Below, piece by piece: positions 47,531-59,924 of a stretch of 64,000 nt of DNA. The DNA comes from Eledone cirrhosa. Lineage: Eukaryota. Made by a program: the position numbers and the translations under genes. The stretch spans positions 41,664,001 to 41,728,000 of the forward strand of contig OZ024744.1 in the NCBI GenBank assembly GCA_964016885.1, read 5' to 3'. The number at the start of each line of letters is the position of its first letter. The first letter of the stretch is position 1. A model generated the notes under the pieces. That model saw nothing but the letters and a program-made list of their open reading frames with translations, searched no databases and was not told the DNA's origin.

Positions 47531-47639
47531 CATATATACGGAGAAGAATGAAGGGAAGAGTATAAAGGATAAAATAAAAATAACAACACAAGAGAGAGTT
47601 ACCTTGGGAGAGATTTAATAGTCCCTATATATTTCGGAT

Positions 47640-48410
47640 TCACATCCATCAACTGGGGTTTTTTTCCGGGGTGGCGGAAAAGGTTGTCTGTCGGACAGGT
47701 GCGAAACGCGTCCTCCGCTGTTTGTTGTTTTGAATATCTGAGGTATTCGGCAGAGCGCGCGTGCGCGTGAAATGGGGTCGGTCGGGCAGAGGTCAGCGGC
47801 CGAATGAGGGAGTGGGGTGGCGCTAGCTGTCAGTCCATTCTCTGCCTGTTTGTTAAATGTTACTGTGTGTGTGTGTGTGCGTGTGTTGTTGTCTCGCTTG
47901 AGTGTGTGTGTGCGTGTGTTGTTGCCTTGTTCCTCTGTATTGGCAGTGTAGTATGTTCGTATGGTGGAATGCTACTGTGTGTGTGTGCGTGTGTGTGTGT
48001 AGTTGTCTCGTTTGTGTGTGTGTGTGTGTGCGTGTGTTGTGTGTTGCTGCATCGTTTAACTTAAACCAGCCATCTCATTTCCCTTCTCTCTGATCGGTTG
48101 TTTATTTGCGGTTGCAGGCGTTTGATAAAAAGCGCTTCCTTGATACGTAACGTGCCGACGTTTCTTTCAGTCGCTAGAATTGTGACAATGGGCCTTCCAT
48201 CTTTGTTTCCGCATTTGTCTATGTGTTTCCGGAAAGACGAGGCCCTGGTTTTAGTGTGTTCCTTGATCCGGATGTGCAAAGGTCGGATTGTGCTACCTAT
48301 GTAGTATTGGTTGCACCTGTCACATTCTATCTTATACACGACGTATGTGCGTAGGCAACAGTTCGCATGGCGTATCGGGCAGTCTCTGAGGGAGCATGCG
48401 TCAGTAGATT
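47640..48410 (-). mobile_element. Penelope-like element 3' end (GIY-YIG endonuclease and UTR)
   Basis: VVYKIECDRCNQYYIGSTIRPLHIRIKEH...IKEALFIKRLQPQIN (ORF 48061..48339). Confidence 0.85.
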
Positions 48411-48412
48411 TC

Positions 48413-49129
<717 letters not shown>

Positions 49130-49323
49130 GTCTACAAATATAGACATTTATGCGATCAAATATATTTTATTATATATATTTCAGAAGTACTGAGCTGTTT
49201 CATAAGTACGTCCTCATCAGATAAAATAAATTGATGTCTGACATACCTCAACTGTGCTGATGGTTCAATTCCAGTTTTGGCATATATATGTTTGGCATAT
49301 ATATACATATAATCAAATATATA

Positions 49324-50616
49324 TTTCTTTTATTTGCCACTAGGGCATCAAAAGTGGGACAAGTACAAAGGGGGGAGTTTACACAAAAAGGCGTCCTCAA
49401 TAAGGAGGAGGCAATAACAAAATATAAAAATAAAATAAGATATAACAAAAAATAAAATTTTTAACAAAATCCTCAATAGAGAGGAGGCGCCTTGGGGGGT
49501 CGCACACACCCCCGAAAAAAGTGTGCAACCCTTTTCCTCAGGAGCACAGAGAAGGGGTGCTCCCTTGGTCTTTCATCTTCCTCACCTATAGTCTGATGTA
49601 GAGTGAAGGCCCATTCACACGGGCCATTCTCGCCACTTTCACCCATCTTTCATAGAAACGGCTGGGGTGCAGCACCTCTCTCTCCATCCTGATCCTTCTT
49701 CCGAAATGATATCGGAAGAAACGGACCAGTTGTTGGCCAGAGAGAAAGGTGCCTGACCTCAGTCCTTTCAGACGCGTCCACCATACAACCTCTTTCGCCA
49801 TGGCTATTACGCACAGAAACACCGCCTCTGCTTCATCTTTGAAGGGGGGAGGCGGCTTGATCATTACAATAGACTCGGTGGTCAACCGGATCGGTCCCAC
49901 CCTTGACAGCAGTTGTTCGACATAGCCCCACAGATCGGCTACGCCCGAGCAGTGTACTAATGCGTGTGCAACGGTTTCCTCGTCGCACACGCATCTGGGA
50001 CAGATCTTTTTGGCGGGGTCCCTACCCGGGCGCCCGTGTCTGTAGAGCCTTTCTCGAACGGGTAAAGCCCCTCGGTAGCACTGCCAGGCCAGGGACTTCT
50101 GGAAGTTGTCCATAGGTCCCGGGCTGAATGTCCTACCGAACAGGCTGGCCAGTTCGTCCTCCTCCATGTCTAGGGCTTCTCCGAGGGCGTCATCGCACCT
50201 GCTGCGTACCAGCCCTCTATAGAATGTTGCGGTGGAGTCTCCACTGATAACCGGATCCGCCTGCCAGAGGGCGGTGAGCGCCTGGGCACACTCAGTGTGC
50301 CAGGCGCCCAGTTTTCTCGGTCTTTGCTTGACCCAGGATTGCAGCTCGGTGAGTGAGACGAGTCTGGGAAAGGTTCGTCTCACAAACGAGGCCCACACCG
50401 GTTGTCCGGTGAGGAATACGTAGAGGTGCCGTAGCCTTAATGCGTGTCTACGCATCATTAGCCACGGCATCCCCAGCCCTCCTTTCGAAGGGTGTTGACA
50501 GCAGATGGATCTCCTCACCATAGGAGCCCGCCTCTTCCAAAGGAATTGGAAGAGCGCGCGCTCCATCTTGGTGAGGGTTTCCCTTGGGCAGGGCACTACG
50601 GTCAGGCGGTAGTAGA
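49324..50616 (-). mobile_element. Tx1/L1 family A 3' fragment with TSD
   Basis: ORF 49586..50596 is the ORF2 C-terminus; 13-bp TSD AATCAAATATATA at 49311-49323 and 50617-50629. Confidence 0.93.
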
Positions 50617-51131
50617 AATCAAATATATAGATGAAAAATGTTCAAAATCAATTTTAATTCCTTACACATTTCAAGAGAGTTGTACATAAAATTATTCCAA
50701 TAATGTTATGTGAAAGTTCGTATAATTATGATATATACATACACAATGATATAGAGATATTGTTTCTATTTCACCATCTTCGGAGTATTAAAAATAAATT
50801 TTAAAAAGGACATATTAAATTGAAGCAGAATATATCCGAAAGTCTATCTCAAGCCATTCATTATGTCACTGGCTTGAGATGTCTCTGATCCTGTTTAAGG
50901 TGGGAATTAAATTTCAGTTATAGTCTTCTTCAATTTAATATGTTTTTTTTATTCCTCCGAAGATGGAGAAGTACAAACAACATCTGTATATCATTTTGTA
51001 TGTATAGATATTGATTATACAAATTACATGTAACGTTCTTCCAATAATTTAATGTATAACTCTCTTGAAACATATGTAAGGAATTAAAAATGATTCGAAA
51101 ACTAATTTTTCCATCGATATATTTGATTATA
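50617..51131. repeat. Diverged inverted repeat (~190-bp arms), MITE-like
   Basis: TTAATTCCTTACAC..TTTCAAGAGAGTT and CCATCTTCGGAG are mirrored by CTCCGAAGATGG and AACTCTCTTGAAA..TGTAAGGAATTAA. Confidence 0.75.
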
Positions 51132-52042
51132 TTTGCTCTGTGTTTATGTCTACCTTTCCAACTTTTTCTCCCTAAAATATTTCCTTTCTCTTCACACCAA
51201 TAATACATAAACACATTGAGCTAATTCTGAAACTATTTTGCAATTATATACTATCATATATAATTCTCTGGGGGGTCATGCTGCCAATAAAAACAAGGCA
51301 CCTGTTGGTTTTTCACTTCAATTTATTATAAACTAACTTCTAATTGGTTAGTTTGATAACCTGATGGTTGTTTATATGTTTATTGTCAAAGTTCTTTCGT
51401 CACACATTATGCAACTCCCTCAGTAACTAATTTGTTACTTTGTGCCTCTCCTTTGTTCTGTCCTTCACCATCTTGTTTTTATGAGCTGTGTGCTGTGTAC
51501 ATGGGTTGCACAAACGTATATCCGCGTGCGCGCGTGCCTTTATTTTCTATATCTACGTTTATTTACTTGTTACTCGTTGGTTGCTTGTTCTATCTGTGTG
51601 TATCTGGTTTGTTTTATTAGTTTGGTGCTTGTGTGTCTCTGTATGTCTTTATCTTGTCCTTAGTTACTAGTTATGATGCTGTTGCTATTTCACAAGTGTT
51701 TTCTGTTTAGTTTTGGTTGGCGTTCGTTTATGTTTGTCACTCCTGTAATCTGTCTGAGCATTACGTTCTGTTCTGTGTATTGATATGATATCGCTATGTT
51801 CTCTAGTGTTTCCCCATATTCCATTCTGGCATGTTGGTAGAGTCCTGATGAGTTTTTCGCCATCTTGGAGTTCTCACCAGTGTTTATGTAGCCTTTCTTC
51901 TATGCTACGAACCATTTCAATTGTGTAAGTTGTGTTCCTATTCCTACACATCCCTCAGTACATCTTATGCTATATACTACGTTCTTAGTTTTGCAGTTTT
52001 CAGATAAGAAATCTTGCAAAACAAATACAAAAACGAAGTGTT

Positions 52043-52080
<38 letters not shown>

Positions 52081-52886
52081 GTAACAACAGTAATGCTGCT
52101 GGATGAAAATAGCCCAGAGGAACGTTCTGTATACTAAATTCAAATAGATTGGTGTATCACAAGTTTAATATAAGGGGTTGGAAAACTTCAAATGACTGAT
52201 CATTCTGTTAATATTACTTATGTGAGACCCTGCCGTGTTTGAACTTTAGTAGTAGATTAATCAATTTACTGGACAATTGGTCTTCCATTACATACGATCC
52301 AATAAATAGAAATGTAAACTGTGGTTATGACAACCACAACGACAGTGATAGCGGTAATATTGGCGATGGTGGTAGCTGTGATGGAGACTGCTGTTGACGA
52401 CGATGATGATGACAGAGGTCGTAGCGATGGCGGCAGCAGCAGTGGCGATGGTGGAGGGTTGATTCTGGCCATAGTGATCCTGACGGTGTTGGTAGTAGCG
52501 ATGGAGGCGGTCGTGGTGGGAATGGCTATGATGGGTAGAATGCTGAGAAAAAAATATAATGAGCTGAAAGTGTAGGAGTAAAATTTGTTTGGCAATGACG
52601 ACGAGGATAACGATGATAATGTTGATGATGATGATGATGTTGATAATGATGATTATGATGATGATGATAATGGTGGTGGTGCCGTTCAAGACGATGATAA
52701 CGACTGTTATCACAACAAAAACAACAACAATAATGATGATGACAATGATGCCGGCATTAACGTCACTGTAATATCAGTCGGTGAATTAAACCATCATGCA
52801 AGATATTGATTTCATTTATATAGGACAACATCTATGAAGATGAAGGACTTTCTGTATGTGAGTGGGTTTGTTGATGATTGGACGGA

Positions 52887-53045
52887 ACGCAAGCACGGCT
52901 GTCTGGTTAAGGGGTTCGCTACTCAACTACGACATTTAGGGTTCACTTCCACTGAATGGCACCTTCTCTTATAATAGAAATGTCTTGTACTATAAGACTT
53001 GGGTTGATAATGCCTTGTGAGGGTAATTTGGTTGACGGAAAGCTC
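52887..53045 (+). mobile_element. tRNA-derived SINE, second family, diverged
   Basis: A-box-like CGGCTGTCTGG, B-box-like GGGTTCACTTCC, then GCCTTGTGAG...TTTGGTTGACGGAAA. Confidence 0.6.
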
Positions 53046-53082
<37 letters not shown>

Positions 53083-53118
53083 ATACTTGGGGAGGGTCAT
53101 AATATTGCCAGAAATAAT

Positions 53119-53308
53119 TGTTTCTGCTATTGGCACAAGGCCAGCAATTACCCAGTGCATTACTGGTACTTTATTTTATCGACCCCGTAAGGATGAAAGG
53201 CAAAGTTAACTTTGGCGGGATTTGAACTCATAATGGCAAGGGCCGTAACTCTATGCGTCAAAGCATGACGTCCGACCCTCTACCGATACTGCCAATCCAC
53301 CACCCTAT
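53119..53308 (-). mobile_element. tRNA-derived SINE with 16-bp TSD
   Basis: TSD TATTGCCAGAAATAAT at 53103-53118 and 53309-53324; A and B boxes on the minus strand. Confidence 0.88.
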
Positions 53309-53468
53309 TATTGCCAGAAATAATACCAGAACACACTCACTATTTGGTTGGTTTTCGCTTCTGTATCTTTTATATCTCCACAGTTAATTCATTTGCAATC
53401 CCTTATGTCATACACACACATATCCACCCACTCACTTACACACATACACACAGACACGCGCGCGCGCG

Positions 53469-53520
<52 letters not shown>

Positions 53521-54597
53521 GATCCCGGGTTAAATCGGGGATAACCGCAGTAAGTAAGGTACTCAATACATCATGCTTTCTGATGATTTCCGAATGAAAC
53601 AGTTCTATATAATATATATATATAAATATAACGAAGGAAATGTGGTAAGGAACCAGGTGGACCATAACGCACGAAAGTACTCAATACTTGGGGTAGTAGA
53701 GTGGGTAATAGGAACCGGTAAGACCCCGACGGCTGAGCTCAAGCCGTTTCGACGGCTAATTCTGGACTAAATGAAAATTTATCCTGGTATTTAAATAGCC
53801 GATCTTCTCAAGGGGTAATTCCATATATGGTTAAAGCGATTGTCAAAAGTCAGTAGTAATTCTGTGATTGCAAATTAGTAGGGGAGATGGTGGCTAAACC
53901 TGCCAGTAAGAGAAAGAGGGGAGGGGGTGGAGTAGACCCAATCAAGCGTTGGTAGTGCCAGCTACAGGTGGGCATGAGGTCAAAGAAGATACTGGGGAGG
54001 GGGAGGAGGTCGGAACGGTAGGTAGAACAATGAGGGGTAAAAATATATATGAAAGAAAAAATACTGAGAGTGAAGAAAAGCGAATAAGTGTAAAGAAAAA
54101 AGTAAAGCAAGTTCTACGACCTAAGTCTCTAGCTATTGTTAGGCTAGATAAATAAATAAAGAAATAAAGAAAGAAGTAAAAAAAGAAATAAAGAAATAAC
54201 GAAATAAGTAAATAAGTAAATGAACTAGGTGGGACGGAATAGGCAAGGACCCTTTTAAGAGGTATAAGTACGTAAATCATACGGTGACGGGTCAACAAAT
54301 GGGGCCAAAATACTAAAGAGACTACCACGAAATAAATAATAAAGGTTTCTATCCCGGGCACAATGCCAGCAACCACCCAGTGCAGCAAAGTAAACTAGTA
54401 CGAGATAATAATTATGAGTCCCGAAAAAAATATATACTAATGCTAACTCTAAAAGAAATATAAATATATATAGTCTATATAAATATATATAGTCCAGAAA
54501 TAGAGTCCAGGAACAGCCGTCGAAACGGCTTGAGCTCTGCCGTCGGGGTCATACTTTTCCTATATATATATAAATACATATATATATATATATATAA

Positions 54598-54667
<70 letters not shown>

Positions 54668-55249
54668 GCGCCCGCGTGTGTGTGTGTAAGTGAGTGGGTG
54701 GATGTGTGTGTGTGTATGTATGTGTGTGTGTGTGTCTTTATGTGTGTTTTCTTTTCCTCCTTTACCATCTATCTTTACAACCAACTGCCTCTGTATTTTC
54801 GTTCTGGATTCATTTCAATTAAGGAAATACTGCGTGGTTAGATAACAAACGAGATTATTGCACGACTAGAATATCTCTTCGGAAATGGCCAGCTACTTTG
54901 AAAGGAAATGGAATAAAGTAAATATAAAAATACAAATAAAGATAAAAGCAAAATATAAATAAGAAAACAAAAAAAAAACTATATTGAATATATCAGAAAA
55001 TCCCATCGTATATATGGGAGATGTTCATCTGGTAGTCCATATCCTATCTGTGATAAAGGTTGATCAAGTTAATATAATATACATAATATTCTCTTACTTA
55101 TTTCAGTCAGTAGACTGTGGCCATGCTTTGGCAGAACCTTGATTTTAGTTAATTATTCTGTGCTGGATATTAATACCATGAGAGCAGCTGGGCTTTCTAC
55201 TAATTACCATCTAGTTATCTGTCTAAAGCCAAGAAAGCCCAAAAGAGTG

Positions 55250-57740
55250 GCAAGTCTAGCTCAATCTACAGGATAAAGTGGGAAATGATGGCCGAGAAGG
55301 AAGTCAGGACCAGTATATAGGTACAGCAAATTGAGGATGTTGAAACAGATTGGAGAATGTTATTTACTCAGCAGTTTCTGCTTCAGCTGTTAAATATTGT
55401 GGGTGAAAGCAGCTTGGTGTGGTGCCAGGTGGCAGGGTGACTCCTTGGTTCAATCAAGTGGTCAATGATGCCATCTGAGCAAAGAAGGAGGTTTACAAAG
55501 TTTGGCTTGGAAAGTAAATCTCCTTTCTCGCACTTGCTGTACAAGCAGACTTGAAATGAGACAACTTTAAATTTAAGCTGGAATCAGCAAATAAAGTAAT
55601 CTGGAAGACCATCTGCTAATTTCGTTATAAAAACTCCCCTATCACACCTGTCATCAGGAAGGCATCTGGTGGTTTTCTCTCTTCAGTGAGGTTCATCCTC
55701 ACAAGGAGGAGAGAATACTTTGCTGATCTTCTAACAGCATCTTCTGGTGTATCTGAGAGGCATTTGGACAATTAAAGAGCTCAAATGTGGCAAGGCCTCT
55801 AGGGAGGATGAAATTCAGCCCAAGATGTTAAAAGCCTTAAATAGAGAAGGAATTCTCTGGCTGACTTGTTTGTACAGTGTGGTTTGGATTTCTAGAAATA
55901 GACCCAAGCAATGGTAATCAGGAGTGATAATCCCAATTTTCAAAAATGGAGACAGTTATAGAGGGATATCTGATAAGCCTCCAGTGTAAATTCTATTCTG
56001 TGTCTGGCAAAGAGATGAAGGGATAATGTCAAGTCCAAGCTAACTGATAAACAATGTTGTTTTCACCACAAATGCAGCGTATATGATCACATTCCAGACC
56101 TGTTGTGGAAAGTTCTGATGTCTCTGTATGAATACAGTAGTATTTACGTTGGGATAAATGGTGCTATGTCAAAACCATTCAATGAGGTTGTCGGAATCTG
56201 CCAAGGGTGTGTACTATCACCTCACATATCCATAATCTTCATAAACTGGATTGACATGCACAGCCGGATCGGAAATGGTATCACTACTGTTGGGTGTAGG
56301 ATCAGTTGACTGGAATTTGCAGGCGACATGGTACTACTTAACTTGTAAGAAGCTGATCCTCAACTTGCACTTGATAGGTTTGCTGCTGAATGCTGTATGT
56401 CAGGAATGAAAATCAGTCTTTCAAGGAAGTCTGCACAATGCATTCTACATGTGAGAGGAATTCCACTGAAGCAGACAGAAAAGTTCAAGTATCTCAGGTC
56501 CATGTTCATGAATAATGGAAGGCAGGAGGCTGAATTAAGTGCAAGAATTGCAGGAGCTGGTGTAGTACTGCACCAGCTTTAGCATTCATCATCATCATTC
56601 ATCATCATCATCATTTTACGTCCACTTTTCCCTACTTGCAAGGGTGGGATGGGAACTGATTCTGGCTTGATTTCTACAGCTGGATGCCCTTCCTAACACC
56701 AACCTCATTTACAGTGAGTGCTGGGTGCTTTTTTTACCATGGCACCTACACGTCCACTTTACAGTGGAATGATAGGGACCCCAGTCCCTATCATCTCATT
56801 TCTACAGCTGAGTAAACTGGAGCAATGTGAAATAAGGTGTCTTGTTCAAGGAAACAACACATCACCCGGTCTGAGAATTGAACTGACAACTTTTCGATTG
56901 CAAGGTAATAAAAAAAGGGTGGTAGGTGTAAAAGCCAAATTCACTATCTTCAATTCAGTATTTGTGCCATTACACAATATAGAGCATAGCTTGGAGATCA
57001 GAGTTGCTCCAAATAGAGCTACTACCTCCCAAATTGGGAGCTCACAGCTATAATACTATGGACATGTAGTTAGAATGTCTAAGGAAAGAATTGATGGATA
57101 GATTTTACAGGGAACCTCATATGTAGACTCAAAGCAAAATGGATGGATAACATCCTTGAGCTCAGCTGGTCTTGCTTGGAAATCCAGCCAGATCAATTGA
57201 AGACAGTTGTTTCTGACAGGATCCACTGGAAGGCATGCTTGAGGTCTCTTTCCCCATAAATTTCCCAGGAATAAGTGGGCTAAAAAGAAGAAGATTTCTG
57301 AGAGGGTCATTGGGGCAGAGTCTGCAAACATTCCTTCCAGCAGGTCCTGTCAGAAGCAACCATCTCCAACTGATCTGGCTGGATCCTCAAGTGAGATCAG
57401 CTGAGCTCATGGATGTTATCCAAACATCATCTTGCTTGGTGTCTACACCCAGTCTCCTGCTGGTTGGTCTTGTCCATAAAATCTGTCCAGTGATTCTTTC
57501 CTGAGACATTCTAACCACATTCCCAGTTCACTATTTGTGCCAACCCTTACCTATGGTCATGAATCTTGGGTTATGACCAAAAGAATACGATTGTGAATTC
57601 AGGCAGCCAAACTTAGGTTCCTCCAAAGTGTCTTTGGGGTAACGTTATTTGATAGAGTGCGTAGCTCGGAGATCAGAGAGCCACACCAGGTAGAGCCACT
57701 ACTTCTCTGAATTGAGAGATCACAGCTCCAATACTACGGA
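55250..57740 (+). mobile_element. Old RTE-clade LINE, fragmented, with SINE insertions (~56585-56905) and an inverted 3' fragment
   Basis: GEDEIQPKMLK, VIIPIFKNGD, GICQGCVLSP, EFAGDMV, KFKYL, LTYGHESW. Confidence 0.8.
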
Positions 57741-58367
57741 GCAGGTTGTACCTGTTCCAGATAATATGGTTGGTGCCTATCTTTTGGTAATTTCTTACTA
57801 AGACACAATGCCCCTAAATATGTTAAAGTGTATGGTTGATTAAATTGATCTCAGTGTTTGACTGACGCTTTGTATTATTGATCCTGCAATGGGTTTGTAA
57901 ACTGTTTGATAAAGACAAAGTAACACTGGGTATTAATTGTATAACAAAAGATAATTTACACAGGGTTAATTGTAAACTGAATGGACACTGAGTTAAAATG
58001 TAATTAGATAGTAGTAGAAGTTCCATCATTCCAGCTTTACTGTAAATAAAGTTATCATTAGTCACTAAATCTACTGATAAACATTTAACTTATTATGATG
58101 GTTCAAGTGGTACTACAACAATTTTGTTTAACTTTGGATTTAAAATAAGAAATAAGTACATTATTTTTGTTGTGTTTAATAGCTTTTATAACTTGTTAAT
58201 TATTAATTGGTACTGACATTTTGAAAGGTATGTCATGTTATCTTGCTTCCAAATATCTACCATCAATAGAAAGTTATAATGTTAAACTTCTGTTGTTTCA
58301 GGGCACCAAGTTTCTGTAGTCATAGAAAAAGAGATGAAAGTTTAACTTCATAATCTCGAATTAATTA

Positions 58368-58580
58368 TTTCTACTATAGGCACGAGGCCAGCAATTTGAC
58401 GGAGATTGGAAAGTCAATTAAAATGACCCCAGTGTATTACTGGTACTTTATTTTATCGACCCCGTAAGCATGAAATGCAAAGCTAACCTCAGCAAAATTT
58501 GAACTTAGATCATAAAGGGCCGTAACTCTATGCTACAAATCAGGGTTACCAACGCTCTACCGATACTGCCAATCCACTGG
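58368..58580 (-). mobile_element. tRNA-derived SINE
   Basis: Same core ACTGGTACTTTATTTTATCGACCCCGTAAG as the other copies. Confidence 0.8.
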
Positions 58581-58734
58581 AGAATTATTTATAATTCCAT
58601 GTCCATATGAAAGCTTGAAGAATTGTTTGGGTGTGAAAAAAAGATAATAAATTTAAAATATGTACTAATTACAAAGTATATTATAAATGACAAGATTCAA
58701 ATTTTAGTCATTCAACTCCTCATCTTGAAATAAT

Positions 58735-58922
58735 TGTTTCTACTTTAGGCACAAGGCTAGCAATGACCCAGTGCATTACTGGTACTTTATTTTATCGACC
58801 CCGTAGGATGAAAGGCAAAGTCAACCTCGGCTGAATTTGAACTCAGATCGTAAAGGGACGTAACTATGCTGGAAAGCATGATGTCCGACCCTCCACCGAT
58901 ACTGCCAATCCACCGCCCTTGA
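58735..58922 (-). mobile_element. tRNA-derived SINE with 18-bp TSD
   Basis: TSD TCCTCATCTTGAAATAAT at 58717-58734 and 58934-58951. Confidence 0.88.
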
Positions 58923-59703
58923 AATAATAATAATCCTCATCTTGAAATAATATTCACTTATGTACTACTGTTTGTTTTTTTATATCATTGAGAATATATA
59001 TATTAAAGAAAATGTACAGAGAGATTAGTTTAGATAAAAACTTTAAGACATTGGAGATTAGTTTGGATAAAGATTCTAAAAGATTACAGAGTGATTTGGA
59101 TAAAGACTAAGATATTATGTACAATAAATACTAGCAATGATCTTTACATAGTCCATAAATTTCAGACGTTATCTAAAAAACAAATACACCTCCATTTTCC
59201 AACACTATATGGCGTTTATATAGAAATAAATTAATTATATGATTAATTATCAATATGATATATATACTTAACAGCACCCCAAAATAAGCTGAAATAAACA
59301 AAGAAATCCTTATAACTGCTATAGTTGTTTTTCTCATTTCTTTGATAGTTTCATGTAAGTTTCTACTGCATCACCATTGTGTGTTTATATCTTTTGTTGG
59401 GAAAAATATAAACTCCTATTACTGTACTGCATCAACTTTGTTTTGTTGTGTGACTTAGTTCTGTTTTGGGTGTTATTTTAGTGTATTTTCTGTTGTGTGG
59501 AATGTGTATATAATGTAAGTTGTGAATATATTCTGTATGTGTAATTGATGTTATACGTCTCTGTGGTGGATATTTGGTTTGTAGCTTGTATAACATTAAT
59601 GTGCTGTGACCTTTTCATAACATGTTGGTACTGTAAGTTATTTGTGTTACAGTATTGGGTATTAATTATGTAAGAGTATGTGTCATGTTATCATGTAGAG
59701 CAA

Positions 59704-59800
59704 CAGAGGTTCTCAAAGTGGGCACTACTGCCCCACCCTCCCAGAAGTGGAGGGGTTGAGAGGGTCCAGGGACCTAAGGGGCACTTGGAGAATGGTAGAG
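59704..59800. mobile_element. Possible hAT/Charlie-like MITE end
   Basis: CAGAGGTTCTCAAAGTGGG terminus motif only; no partner end found. Confidence 0.35.
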
Positions 59801-59924
59801 ATGATATAATTGTATATTAGATATCAAAGGATACATATTATATATAAATTTAGTATAATGAAAAATATATAATATTTATTTATACATAGTATATATTATA
59901 TTATTTATTACATACAAATTGATG

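Noticed and set aside
47610-47715. Hammerhead-like fragments (CAGTTGA..GAAATATATA on minus, GAAACGCGTC on plus; also ~49195-49222)
   Set aside because: Core or stem II too degenerate to call
58200-58350. Possible host exon/intron (AAG|GTATGT ... TTTCAG|G); also ATGGCCAGCTAC near 54885
   Set aside because: No sustained reading frame or recognisable protein
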